The notes: a model not told the origin generated them from the letters alone. A stretch of 64,000 bases of DNA from Eledone cirrhosa (GCA_964016885.1 OZ024741.1:327856001-327920000), one strand, 5' to 3'. Positions 1 to 13,209 are shown, counted from the stretch's first letter. A program made the numbers and translations.

Positions 1-434
1 AATATAATAAATTTCGCGCCATTTCGCGTTACAAAGTTCTTCAAACAAAGGGGGTGGTTCATATATGAGGGACATTTGGTTGATTGATGCAGTCACGTGA
101 ATAAGCATATCGGCTTTCGCGCCAGTTTGTGTTTGAATTTCTTTTTACTTAAAAAAGGGTGGCTCACGAAGATTTTTTTAATAAATATAATTTGATTGGT
201 TATAAATGAAATTATGATTCTCACGTGTACAATTACCTTATATTTCGCGCCCGTATTTGGGAATTTATTTTGTAGCCTTTTATAGAATTTTGTGTCAAGA
301 AAAATGGTAAAGAAAAATTGGATGGAGAGAATTGTTCAGGTTCAGTGAATATGGCTGGTGAGCTGGGGTGTCAGAATTCAGACTTTCTATTGAAATAAAG
401 AAAGTAGAGATATGTATGTTTATTTGTGTGCTTG

Positions 435-499
<65 letters not shown>

Positions 500-980
500 G
501 TGTGTGTAGGAAGATGATTCTATTAGTAGAAATGGGGGAGGGATTTGTGTGTGCATGAGTGTTATGTGTGTGTGTGTGTGTATGTGTGTGTGGGAGTATG
601 GTTAGCATGTTAAGATGGGGAGAATATATGCATTTTGTGTGTGTGTGTGTAGGAAAATGATTCTAGTAGTAGAAATGGGGGAGGGAGTTGTGTCTGTGTG
701 TGGGGGGGGGGGGGGTTGATATGTGTGTGTGTGTATGGGTGTCATGTGTGTGTGTGTGTGTGTCTGTGTGGGAGTATGGTTAGCATGTTAAGATGGAGAG
801 AAAATATATTTTTTTTGTAGTGTATGAAAATGATTCCGTTAGTAGAAATGGGAGAGCGAGTTATGTGTATGTGGAGGGTGTGGTTAGCATGTTAAGGTGT
901 TAGAGTATTAACGTATTTTAAGATTTATTTAGTTCTAGTTTTTATTTTCTAAAGTAGAAGGTGTTATGTGTGTATGTATA
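1..980 (-). mobile_element. Penelope-like element 3' UTR/pseudo-LTR (pLTR) fragment, runs off the window edge
   Basis: Direct-orientation homology to about 31190-31890, which lies downstream of the minus-strand GIY-YIG ORF at 31942-32255 (shared TTTCGCGC/GATTGG/CACGTG motifs and GATGATTCTATTAGTAGAAATGG blocks). Confidence 0.6.
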
Positions 981-1139
981 TGTATAAATACTAGGGATTG
1001 TAGAAATGTTCATAGGCTTACTATGAAGTTGTTATGCAGTAGCTGTAAAATCTTGCATGCATTAGGTTAATTTTTCCTTATCATTAACTGCATAGCTTCG
1101 TTCTAAAGGTTATGTTGAGAAATAAACCTCATTTGGTCA

Positions 1140-1339
1140 TTCTATGAGCTTATCTCAGGCAAACCACAGACCCTCCAACTCAACTCTACTTTTGAAAAGC
1201 AGAAAAACTGCGAAAACGGTAAAGGAACCAAATAAATATATATATATATATTTTTAAATAAGACTCCAGTTGCATTTTCGATTTCATCTTTTTTTTCGTG
1301 TAGGACACCTCGGTTAGTTTTCATTTTGTAAAAAACCTC

Positions 1340-1341
<2 letters not shown>
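1140..1341 (+). mobile_element. Inverted pLTR end of the same PLE family
   Basis: Reverse complement of about 30915-31110; ends at a (TA)n tract; contains an HHR variant. Confidence 0.65.
1189..1224 (+). ncRNA. Type I hammerhead ribozyme, U3-A8 core variant
   Basis: CTT-TTGAAAA-GCAG(AAAAA)CTGC-GAAA-ACGG-TA-AAG; stem I CTT/AAG, stem II GCAG/CTGC. Confidence 0.55.
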
Positions 1342-1410
<69 letters not shown>

Positions 1411-1519
1411 TATAGTAATAATAATAAATTCGAAGAGAGTTCGATAAGGATAAATAAAATATATATCAAATATATAAGGACCCTAGAGCAAATATTTATT
1501 AAAAAAACAGATTAAAGTG

Positions 1520-2010
1520 TAAGCAAAGAATCGCTGCTTTCACCCTTAACGGGATCTTCTGAGACTAAAAAAATAAATCTGTGAACGCAGAAGTAAATAT
1601 TTAGAAAAACGTTGCAACCGAAGGAAAACAGTAAGACGATACTTTGGGTCGCGAAGACGTTACCTGGCAATGAACGGAAAAAGGCGAAGATGAAACGTCG
1701 TTATGTGGAGCGGTGAGAACAAATACACGGAAAGACAAAACCACGTTTAAGGTATAATGAAGTCGTAGACAACTTTATTTTGTTTCGTTTCTATGATATC
1801 TATTTTTTATATTTAAAATAGTTTAAACAAATGTTCATACATACATAAGCATGTATATCTCTTCTTTATGTAACTAAAAAATAAATCTGTGAATGCAGAA
1901 GTAAATATTTCGAAAAACGTTGCAAGCGAAGGAAAACAGGAAGACGATACTTTGGTTCGTGAAGACGTTCCCTGGCAATGAACGGAAAAAAGTGAAGATA
2001 TTACGTCGCA
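1520..2010 (-). repeat. PLE pLTR-like repeat (two direct copies of about 135 bp; inverted copy at 4330-4515)
   Basis: 1565-1700 matches 1873-2008; the reverse complement occurs at 4330-4515 next to a GIY-YIG fragment. Confidence 0.6.
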
Positions 2011-2175
2011 AACACTCTGATACAGACACGTATACATATACGCATTATATACAATTCTTCTGCTCTATTAGCAGAATCAGAATTCGGCAGCAAATATACC
2101 TTCCTGCACACATTTCCTCATACAACACATACAAAATATATATAAATCATAAACTGTTGTCATATTTACAAAAAG

Positions 2176-3285
2176 ATACGCGATGGGGCCCACCCACAGC
2201 CCCGGTGGACAGAATGGATGAGACGTTTCTCAGGAGGACGGCAAGGGAGACGCGCTGGAAAAGCCACTCCAACCTACGGCTGGCCAGCTCAGCGCCTATG
2301 GTGGTGAGTAACGAGGTAGCCCTGGGGCCGAGGACACCAGAAGTCTCCACTGCCAGGGGTACGACCGTAAACGTCTCGGAGAGCGACCGATATTTGAGGA
2401 GTTTGGGTTCTCAGCCCGACGTGCAGCAGAACGTGGGTCAGTGGCAGACTGCACCAAGTTGCGGCTGCAGAATGTGTCAGAGCAAGTGGCATCCCAGACG
2501 AGGGGTTTGCCGCCGCGGAACGGGAAGATGGTCATGCCATCTGGCCTTTTGCCGTCCCCGTGATCCAGCCCCACCGCCTCGAGCTGGGAAGGAGAGCCTC
2601 TAGCATCGAAGCCAATGCTTAATGACCTCGTTGATGGCAGCATGGCGTGGAATGCTGCCGGCACTGTGGAGACTGGAAAGCCGGTGGAGGCCAAATGAGT
2701 CCACGGTGGAACCGCAACGACATTGTTGTGGCTGGCAGATCCAGACGCCGAGCCTCAGGGAAACGCTGATGCGCAGGCTATGGTTGTCTAACTGCGTGCC
2801 AGTGGAGGAGGAGGGCAGCGCATAGAGCTAGGCACCACTGTGGAGTTTGGAGGCCGTACGAAACCAAGCAAGGCGGTGCTGGTCGAGCTGGCGAGTGAGC
2901 CTGTCTGAGTTCAGGCTGCACTGGATGGCATTCGAAGTGCGTTGGGGAGACTTGACGTCAGCAGGGGGAGAAGGAGGAGAGACGTCTACTGGGTTAATCC
3001 CAACCGGTCCTACGTCTCACAGGCGGCCTCATGTCCTCTGAACACAGAGGGTTCTGTTGTGTTTTGAAGAACCCTCCTGATGAGGACGCGGCACGAGGTT
3101 ACCGACGAAAGATACGCCGGAGAAGCTAGTGAGATCGGGGACCGGAGGCCAAGGCCGCCATAGCTGACAGGTAAAATGGCCTGCTTCCACTCTATGTCGT
3201 CAAACTTGACGTTGCATATCTCCTCGGCTGCTGCTCGGATACAAGTATCGAGGAGAGAGGTCTGGGTGTAGCACGGAGCGCTGCT
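2176..3285 (-). mobile_element. CRE-like non-LTR retrotransposon fragment (zinc knuckle + restriction-like endonuclease)
   Basis: Minus-strand peptides CRCGSTVDSFGLH...RHAAINEVI and GKRPDGMTIFPFRGGKPLVWDATCSDTF; GC-rich island; frameshifted. Confidence 0.75.
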
Positions 3286-3805
3286 AATATTCTATATAGG
3301 AAACCGAATGATTCTCGGCTTCAGAGTCAGGGATAATGTAAATAAATTAGTAGAACGACAATGACAGAGATTATTAAAATCGAATAATTGAATATATACA
3401 TACACGCATCTATATACGTACATACAGAGGCATACGCAAAACACACGCCATGCATGGATATACATGCACGTACACATACCTACAGGTAAAAACACATATG
3501 TTCACCAAAGCTACATCAACCGAAACTCAATGTCCACATATACACACCTTATGTACGGGCAAACACGCATACGCACACAAACACAAAATACACATATACA
3601 GATAACCATATACATATATACCAGTATATATAATATATTATATACATCTGTAACAAATACAAGCATATATAAGTGCGAGAAAGCATACGTACCTTCACAA
3701 ACCTTACGGGTAAGGTTTACTTATCTATGCAAATAAGAAATGGTATAAACATAAAATATACTTAGCTACCACATCAAGATGTAGATTATCCGCTTATTGT
3801 TCGTC

Positions 3806-4325
3806 CTATCCGTTAGGGCATAAAGTGGTGCTGTAATGCAGGAAAGTCTTATGCAATTTGTGTTTACAAGTCGAAATTGCCTCTGATTTTTTGTTTAAGA
3901 TGTGGTCATTGGCGTAGAGTATTTCAGGGCTTCAGCGGCGCAAAGATCACAAGGTCTATTATTTCCGTTATACGATCTAGTTCTAGCTAAGATGTGCCAG
4001 TGTAACCTATATTGGGTGTAGTTGTCTTTTAGACTCCAGATATAAGCTGAAAGTGACGTCATATTCCTTCTTAAAGGGTTAAGAAAAGAATGGGTGCGCA
4101 TGTAAAGACGCTGCTTTAATCTATTGGCGGTTAACCCTATGTAGGCCCAACGGGACGTGGGTGTTTCGACCTTACATTTGTAGACACTGTTACTGGAGAG
4201 GTATTTCCCGGATAGAAGGCAGTCAGCCCGATTCTTACAATTACAGTTGGTGCTAGCTACAGGGTTGCAGATGTTCCAAAGGCTAGGTAATTTAGTTAAA
4301 TTTGAAGCAGTCATGTTATGAGCAA
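3806..4325 (-). mobile_element. Naiad-type PLE GIY-YIG endonuclease fragment
   Basis: CNCKNRADCLLSGKYL...VYKC...YIGLT...R...H...CDLCAAE; after a frameshift continues CKHK to a stop at 3806. Confidence 0.8.
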
Positions 4326-4511
4326 GGTTCGCTTTTTTCTCTTCATTGCCAGGGAACGTCTTCACTAACCAAAGTATCGTCTTCCTCTTTTCCTTTTGTT
4401 GCAACGTTTTTCGAAATATTTACTTCTGCGTTCACAGATTGATATTTTCAGTCTCAGACGATCCCGTTAGGGGTGACAGCAGCGATTCTTTCCTTAAACT
4501 TTAATCTGTTA

Positions 4512-4558
<47 letters not shown>

Positions 4559-4613
4559 TGCCAACACTGGAATTGAACCATCAGCACATTTGAGGTATGT
4601 CATACATCAATTT

Positions 4614-4685
4614 ATATATTTTATCTGATGAGGACGTACTGAGGAAACAGCACACTACCTCCGAAATATATATAATAAAATATAT
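4614..4685 (+). ncRNA. Type I hammerhead ribozyme (PLE pLTR)
   Basis: ATATATTTTAT-CTGATGA-GGA...TCC-GAAA-TATATA-TA-ATAAAATATAT; 11-bp stem I. Confidence 0.8.
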
Positions 4686-4749
4686 TTGATTACATGAATG
4701 TCTATATTTATTAATATTTTGAATTAATATATATATATATATATATATG

Positions 4750-5520
4750 ACGCCCTCGCCCGTAGCGGATTTAAAGATAAGATAACTTACCTAGAAACCA
4801 CCGCAAGATGCAGAGGAGGAATAGACATAGGCAGATTAGCTGGTACAACCATCCCTTCAATAGAGAGGTATCTACTCCGATAGCTAGGATTTTCTTCACT
4901 TTGCTGAAATTACACTTCCCCATACAACATAGGTACCACACCATCTTTAATAAGAACACAATAAACTGTCTTACTCCACCACACCTAACCTAGCTAGGAA
5001 TATAGCCAACCACAATTCTAAAAAATTAAATAAGCCAACCACCTCCGAACCCAATCCCCGGACTGGGTCTCTATGTAATTGCCTAAATAAGGAAGCATGC
5101 CCACTTGAAAACAAATGCCTTACAAATGATATCGTATACAAATGCGATGTCATCTCAGGCACCGAGGATTGCAAAAAAACTTACATCGGCATGACCTCCA
5201 ACAACTTTAAGACCCGTTGGTATGCCCATACCCACTCCTTCAGAAGACCGGACAAATCAAATCAGACAACACTCGCCTACTACGTTTGGGACCTCAAAAG
5301 GAACTCCACCCCCTTCACGCTTAAATGGAAAATACTCCAGAAAGCGCGCTCTTACAACGGAGGACACAAGGGCTGCGACCTTTGTATTTCAGAGAGCTAC
5401 GAAATTTTATTCGCCAAGGGGCCGCTACTGAACAAACTCTCTGAACACTGCCCGAACTGCATGCACAAGAACTTTGCAACTTTCAAACAATTTAAGCCAG
5501 TGTTAAAGCCCGATGGCTAA
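4750..5520 (+). mobile_element. Naiad-type PLE 3' fragment (RT end, Zn linker, GIY-YIG)
   Basis: ISWYNHPF...IFNKNTI, CNCLNKEACPLENKC, IVYKC...YIGMTSNNFKTRWYAH, CDLCISE, CMHK; frameshifted; begins directly at (TA)n. Confidence 0.85.
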
Positions 5521-5841
5521 AAACGACCTCCCCCTATTGGCCCCTATACCTCCTTCCCACCCTACCCCCACCCCTCCTCAACCTGAAATACGGCCACTAT
5601 GGTTATGTGAGTACCTCTTTCCTATCTACATTTTCTGCCTGTAGAGGTGTTTTTATGTGCCTGCGTATATGCGTATATTTATTGAGTACTTATTTATTTG
5701 TATGTGTATATATTTGTGTGTATGTGTGTATATGTATGTGTATGTATATATATATGTATATATATATATATATGTGTGTATGTGAGTATATGTGTTTTAT
5801 GTGTGTATATTTATGTATGTATATGTATATGTATATATGTA

Positions 5842-5900
<59 letters not shown>

Positions 5901-5917
5901 ATATGTGTGTATGTATG

Positions 5918-5950
<33 letters not shown>

Positions 5951-6008
5951 ATAGCGGCGATGAATTAGTTTTGCGAGGTTTTTTATATGAAATCGTGTGT
6001 CGAAACAG

Positions 6009-6213
<205 letters not shown>

Positions 6214-6229
6214 GTGTGTGTGTGTGCAG

Positions 6230-6265
<36 letters not shown>

Positions 6266-6284
6266 ATATATGTGTATATATATA

Positions 6285-6332
<48 letters not shown>

Positions 6333-6480
6333 CGTGAGAGATAGTGTGTGTATATATATTTGTGTGTTCGTGTGTGTATGTGTGTATGCGTTTTTATATA
6401 TGTATATATGTGTGTATATATGCGTATATATGTTTGTATATATGTGTATATTTATGTATATGTCTGTGTATGTATGTGTA

Positions 6481-6544
<64 letters not shown>

Positions 6545-6550
6545 TGTGTA

Positions 6551-6585
<35 letters not shown>

Positions 6586-6642
6586 GTATGTGTGTGTATA
6601 TATGTGTGTGTATATGTATGTATGTATATGTGTGTGTATGTG

Positions 6643-6673
<31 letters not shown>

Positions 6674-6871
6674 ATGTATATATGTATATATATTTGTATA
6701 TGTATGTATGTATGTATGTATGTGTGTATGTGTGTATGTATGTGTGTGGGTGTGTGTATATGTATATATTTGTGTATATATATTGTATGTGTGTGTATGT
6801 GTATATATGTAGTTGTATATTTGTATATATATATGTATGTATATATATATATATATGTGTATGTGTGTGTG

Positions 6872-6912
<41 letters not shown>

Positions 6913-6913
<1 letters not shown>

Positions 6914-7026
6914 ATGAAAAATTTGAACAGGGACAGAACAGAGAGGCAGTACAATAAATGTTTATTAAATTCACGCTCAGGAGAGTGGGGGGTAGGTGGG
7001 GGACGACGTTTCGGGCATAAGCCCTT
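6913..7026 (-). mobile_element. PLE pLTR end fragment with the 3' half of an HHR
   Basis: Reverse complement reads AAGGGCTTATGCCC-GAAACGTC; homologous to 29858-30175; CTGATGA is lost at the (TA)n junction. Confidence 0.6.
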
Positions 7027-7081
7027 ATATATATATATATGTGTGTATATATCTGTATGTATTTGTGTATATATGTATGTA

Positions 7082-7140
<59 letters not shown>

Positions 7141-7143
<3 letters not shown>

Positions 7144-7712
7144 AATTGAAACAAAATGAAAACGAAATTTCATTTCTCACTCTTAGTATGGCACTTACTT
7201 AAATGTAAGTATGCATGTATACGTACATACATATATGTATACAGACGTACAGTAGCATGCACATATATATATATATATACATATATACATACATATGCAT
7301 ACAGGTACACATACATATATGCACGTATCAGTTTAGCGGCGCTTATTATAACGTCGCTTTGTTCGTTTGTAAACAAACTGAACAGCCTGAATTTATGCCA
7401 TACGGTGTTAAGGCAACCACGTCACCTTTTTGTTCAACACTGACACAGGAACGATGTACTAGTTTCAAGCTTGTTAGCTATCATCAGCACCGTTTACCCA
7501 TCTGCCAGATAGTTGAACGTTCGAAAGTATATACTTTCCTTATGAAAATTAACGGCTGAGCAGCCTAATTTGCATATTGAGTGAGTTAAATCGGTCAGGC
7601 ATACCGAAAACGATAAATTGAAACAAAATGAAAACGAAATTTCATTTCTCACTCTTAGTATGGCACTTACTTAAATGTAAGTATGCATGTATACGTACAT
7701 ACATATATGTAT
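7141..7712 (-). mobile_element. Non-coding 472-bp unit plus about 100-bp terminal redundancy, carrying one HHR (retrozyme-like or tandem pLTR)
   Basis: 7141-7240 is repeated at 7613-7712; canonical HHR inside; microsatellite on both sides. Confidence 0.65.
7451..7493 (-). ncRNA. Canonical minimal type I hammerhead ribozyme
   Basis: Reverse complement: ACGGTG-CTGATGA-TAGCT(AACA)AGCTT-GAAAC-TA-GTA-CATCGT; 6-bp stem I with one G-U; palindromic ACTAGT stem III. Confidence 0.85.
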
Positions 7713-7860
7713 ATATATGTATATATATGTATATATATATGAATATATGTATATATATGTATATATATATGAATATATGTATGAATGGTGTATCTCTCTC
7801 TATATATATGTATATATATATATATGTATGTATGGTGCTTTTTACTTATATATGTGTATA

Positions 7861-7907
<47 letters not shown>

Positions 7908-7938
7908 GTGTGTGTGTTTGTATATGTATATATTTGTT

Positions 7939-7969
<31 letters not shown>

Positions 7970-8032
7970 TTGTGTGTATGTGTGTGTATATGTATATATA
8001 TATATATATATGTGTGTGTGTATATATATGTA

Positions 8033-8091
<59 letters not shown>

Positions 8092-8232
8092 ATACATATA
8101 TATCTATGTGTATATATGTGTATATGTATGCACATGTATATTTGTGTGTATGTATGTATGTGTGTGAGTGTATATATATGTGTATATATATGTGTGTGTG
8201 TGTGTGTCTGTGTGTGTATATATTTATGTGTG

Positions 8233-8285
<53 letters not shown>

Positions 8286-8851
8286 ATATATATGTATATA
8301 AATATTTATATATGTGTGTGTGTTTTTACGTGTGTATATGTGTATGTGTATGTGTGTTTATGGCTGCGCGCGAGTGTGTGAGCGAGTGTGTTTTTTTGTG
8401 AATGTGTCTGTTGATTTTTGGCATATAGTTGATTAGTTTAAGAGAAGTTCGAAGATAATTGTAAGATATGCACTCAGTATTTTGAATCTGTCTACAGAAT
8501 TCTCTAAACCTTTGTCACTTAGTAGAACCTTAATTCTTTAGCTTTTAAAGAATCTCCCTTTCCTTTAATTCTATCTACCATGACTGACCCCCCACTGATC
8601 TCATAGACATCTGTTAGCTTAAGAGAAACTTAATGACAAGGAATGGTATGCCATCCGGAACCTGTTTATAGAATTCTGTCTGCCTTTGTTACTCTAAAAA
8701 CAAAAATTTATAAAGATAAACTATAGCTTTGTAGAATTAGCTTTTAATGAATTCCCTTTTCTATCAACCAATGACCTACACCCATCCCACTCCTCACCCT
8801 CTCCTACCACTTGTAGAGACCTATAAATACCATATTTATTTTTTGATACCC

Positions 8852-8902
8852 AGATTCCTGATGATTTCTAAAGAATGAAACAGTTCTAGTCCTATAGAAT
8901 CT
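8852..8902 (+). ncRNA. Type I hammerhead ribozyme
   Basis: AGATTC-CTGATGA-TTTCTAAAGAAT-GAAA-CA…TA-TA-GAATCT; 6-bp stem I; the homolog at 11584-11628 restores ACA/TGT in stem III. Confidence 0.7.
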
Positions 8903-8912
8903 CATCTATATT

Positions 8913-8956
<44 letters not shown>

Positions 8957-8963
8957 TATATAT

Positions 8964-9073
<110 letters not shown>

Positions 9074-9090
9074 ATATATATACATATATA

Positions 9091-9147
<57 letters not shown>

Positions 9148-9167
9148 ATATATATATATATATATAT

Positions 9168-9393
9168 ATATTGTTATACTTTGGGTGGGTCGTGTTGCCA
9201 ATAAGAAACACACGCACCAGTTGCTTTCACTTCAATTCATTATAATAAATTGAAGTGAAAGAAACTGGTGCGTGTGTTTCTTATTGGCAACATGACCCTC
9301 CAAAAGTATCACAATATCGGATTCAACACACGTTTTCAGATAAAGAATCTTGCTAAACAAATTCAGAAACGATATATATATATATATATATAT
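9168..9393. repeat. Imperfect palindrome, same family as 6009-6119
   Basis: Arms 9168-9240 and 9247-9318, embedded in (TA)n. Confidence 0.8.
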
Positions 9394-9520
9394 ATATTCA
9401 TTAGTTAAGCTAAACAAGATCACAAAGATTCACATGGAAGACGTTAGTTAAAGAGTGTCAACATAGTTGCAGTTTAATGTAAGAAATAAAGAGTGTACAT
9501 TAATTGTAGTTTAATGTAAG

Positions 9521-9689
9521 TAATAATTGTTTCTACTTTAGGCACAAGGCCAGCAAATTACCCAGTGCATTACTGGTACTTTATTTTATCGACCCCGTAA
9601 GGATAAAAGGCAAAGTCAACCTCGGCGGTATTTGAACTCAGATCGTAAAGGGACGTAACTATTCTGGAAAGCATGGCGTCCGACCCTCT
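9521..9689 (-). mobile_element. tRNA-derived SINE (family 1), 5'-truncated
   Basis: B-box GAGTTCAAAT and the GCCTTT…GGGGTCGATAAAATAAAGTACCAG domain on the minus strand; TSD TGTAAGTAATAAT. Confidence 0.85.
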
Positions 9690-10013
9690 TGTAAGTAATA
9701 ATAAAGTCCGTTTACAATTGTTTCACTACTCCATATAATGTTTCTGGATCAATTGATTATTAGATCGTTATTGATCAGGTTCAGAGGAAGATAAGTTCCA
9801 TGTGAATTTTGTGGTTTTGTTTTGCTTAACTAATGAATATTTCCATCTCTGTGCACCTAATCTCTGCATGAACCCAGTTCTCTAGCTGCCTCACACTGCA
9901 TATTGCACATTGAGCACATGCCTTTATGCTTTTGGCTTCTAACATCTTCACCAATCTCTCTTCTCTTCTCCTATCTCCATCTCTCTATTTAAGATTGGTT
10001 TACTCTTGAACTG

Positions 10014-10094
<81 letters not shown>

Positions 10095-10933
10095 GAGAGA
10101 GAGGGGGGGGGGGGGAGACGTGTAGTGAGCCACATTGATATATGTAGAACTTATATTGCTACATAAATATAAATAGCTAATTTTCTGCTGTGTTGCCTTG
10201 TTTCCTCAACCCACGGTAACATATATTTGATATGTGTAACTTTAGGGAGATGATTCTGCTACATTTCTTTATAGTAATATACAATTTCCGTGCAAACCTT
10301 TCTCATTAAAAATTATTTCTATAAGCTTTATAATCTTATCCGAATATGCCGAATAATCGAACAATTGTAATGAACCGTAAAAACAATTTTAAATTATTTC
10401 CCCATTACAATGTTTCCTGTGTTAACAGAATAGTATCGATGGCTGTGGTTTAGGGGTTAAGTTGTATGGCTCAAGATTGTAAGGACAAAAGTTTGATCCG
10501 TGGCGGAGTGCTCTTGAGCAAGAAAGATTTTTTTAACGTTGCTCCAGACCACACACCTGGTTTAATGTGTTGTATATGTACATCTTCGGGCTACTAGTTT
10601 CAACGTGTTGTATCTCACTGATAAGACCGTTAAGGGTGTATCTTTTTGAACAATGTACAGCCAATTTCTTGCTAATTTCACGGGCAGCATATTGCGCTAT
10701 TTTAACAACTGCAGTAACCATCGTTGGACCCAAAGATGTTTTGTAGTCAATGTTTCTATGTGAGGAATTAGTGATGGCACCAGCCATATGTTTTTGGGTG
10801 TTCGCCTCGCAACAATAGCAGGGAAATGCGATCGATTCTCGGAACAGGTCGTGTATCAACTGGAAAGAGAAAGTTTCAATGACTTTGGCACCAAACAGCA
10901 CTGGCCTTTTCCTTGGACATTATATATACAATA

Positions 10934-11113
10934 AGGGCACAGTATCGGTAGAGAGTTAGACAACCATGCTTCGCAGCATAGATTTATGGCCCTTTATGTA
11001 CTGAGTTAAAATCCTCCCGACGTTAACTTTGCCTTTCATCCTTACAGGCTCGATAAAATAAGGTACCAGTAATGAACTGGGTACTTGCTGGCCTTGTGCC
11101 AAACGTAGAAACA
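10934..11113 (+). mobile_element. tRNA-derived SINE (family 1)
   Basis: Same consensus; 15-bp TSD ATTATATATACAATA at 10919-10933 and 11114-11128. Confidence 0.85.
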
Positions 11114-11402
11114 ATTATATATACAATATATATATTATAGCATAGATTTCTTATCGAGAAGAACCCAGACCTCATGCAAATTTGAGTGGGGTGGAACTCG
11201 TCAAATTGGGTCCAAGGAAACAATGTTACCATTGTTCTTGACACTATTAATACTATCTAGAGATTGCATCTCTTGACAAGGGAGTATATACGCTTTGCGT
11301 ATTCTAATTTTGAATCCCGCATTTTCTGTCGGCAGCAGATATACACACACATACACACACATACACACACACATACACACACATACACACGCACACACAC
11401 AG

Positions 11403-11498
<96 letters not shown>

Positions 11499-11583
11499 AA
11501 GTTTATCCCGGGTTCAATCGGTGGTAACCGCAGTAAGTAAGGTACTCAAATCATAGCAGAGTATAGATATTTAATATAGAAAT

Positions 11584-11680
11584 GGCCTCTACAGGACTAG
11601 AATTGTTTCATTCGGGAGGAATCATCAGGGCTTCCTGATGATTTCTCCCGAATTGAACAGTTTGGAGTAATTCCATACAA
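11584..11680. ncRNA. Back-to-back HHR pair (minus copy has an intact core, plus copy is degenerate)
   Basis: TCATCAG (11622-11628) GGCTTC CTGATGA (11635-11641); minus copy reads CTGATGA-TTCCTCCCGAAT-GAAACA…TGTA. Confidence 0.6.
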
Positions 11681-11702
11681 TTATATTAGGTTCACATATA
11701 TG

Positions 11703-11775
<73 letters not shown>

Positions 11776-11814
11776 TGTTATACTTTGGGAGTGTCATGTT
11801 GCCAAATTCAGAAA

Positions 11815-11864
<50 letters not shown>

Positions 11865-11877
<13 letters not shown>

Positions 11878-12655
11878 ATAAAGTATTACATAGAATCATT
11901 TGATAAGATTTATACACCATTTCCTCTCCCAATCAGCATAATCAACCGCACAAAAAACAATTAAACCAGGCTATAAGATTAAAAGGCACCTATGAAGAAA
12001 TAATAGATAAATAAACGACAACCATCTATTCGCGATCAACAGCTATACAATATTTACCCAGCATTTCAAAAGCACGTGGGAATCGATTAAATATATCGTC
12101 AACCATACACAATTGGGTATAAAATCAAAGTTAGAAGAAAAGATGTATATAAACATACCAGACTTACGTTTCTACCCTTTGGGGTTTCATTCACTTTGGG
12201 AAATATCCGATCAAGGATAAATTCTCGAGCTTTGAAATCATCAGGAAACAAACTCACTTGGACGAAGATTTTTCTTAAATGTTCCCCGCCAGAAACGAAT
12301 TCAAAATGGCTAAGAACTGTGACGTGGCACTGGTCTAGTCAGAAAGAATGTGATTGGTGCCTTACGGCGAGGGGGCTGGTTGCTAGAAAGCGCAGCCTAA
12401 TATTGCCTAAATTGCATCTCAACCTTATGGGAGATTATCAAATATAAAGATTTACATATACACAAACTAGACAAAGTCATAGATATATAAATATATCTTT
12501 TTGGCAACCATTCACGATGTGGCTCAATGATGAATTAATTAATTAAATAATCAGAGCAATATACTATAAAGTATGTCCATAGAATCATTTGATAAGATAT
12601 ATACACCATTTCCTCTCCCAATCAGCATAATCAACCACACAAAAATCCAATTAAA

Positions 12656-12660
<5 letters not shown>
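11865..12660 (+). repeat. About 690-bp unit with about 95-bp terminal direct repeat, between (TA)n tracts
   Basis: 11870-11968 matches 12560-12658; the 3' part is homologous to 38365-38515. Confidence 0.6.
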
Positions 12661-12703
<43 letters not shown>

Positions 12704-13132
12704 TATGTTAAACTTGTCGATAACGTCCCGTATGGATGTTTTTCTTAATTATCGAGCAGTTGAACAGTTATGTACGTTTCACAGATGATTGACTCAAAGT
12801 CCATATTTATGTTATAGAACCTACTTCCAGCATCAATCAACTCATCAGACTTCTAAATCAAGTTAAGAATAACATTTCATCATATACATATGATGATTAT
12901 GATGATGATGATGGTGATGATGATGGTGATGATGATGATGATGATGATGTGTGTGTGTGTGTGTGATCGTGCGTGCATGTGTGTGAGTTTCTTTTTGCGG
13001 GTATATCTATGTGTAAATATTATATAACATTTACACATATTTACATACATACATAGATTCTTAACATGCATTCATTACCGCTGATATATTTTTCTACTTA
13101 GGCAATATCCGGTGTTGACTTCTAAATATTCG

Positions 13133-13209
<77 letters not shown>

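Noticed and set aside
1920-2603. 227-aa plus-strand ORF
   Set aside because: A chimera of a pLTR repeat and the antisense strand of the CRE fragment.
3077-3115. CTGATGA…GAAA on the plus strand
   Set aside because: Antisense to CRE coding sequence, with no convincing stems I-III.
10533-10901. 122-aa ORF with a faint mariner HTH resemblance (REISKKLAV)
   Set aside because: Too weak; no terminal inverted repeats or DDD motifs seen. It needs a profile search.
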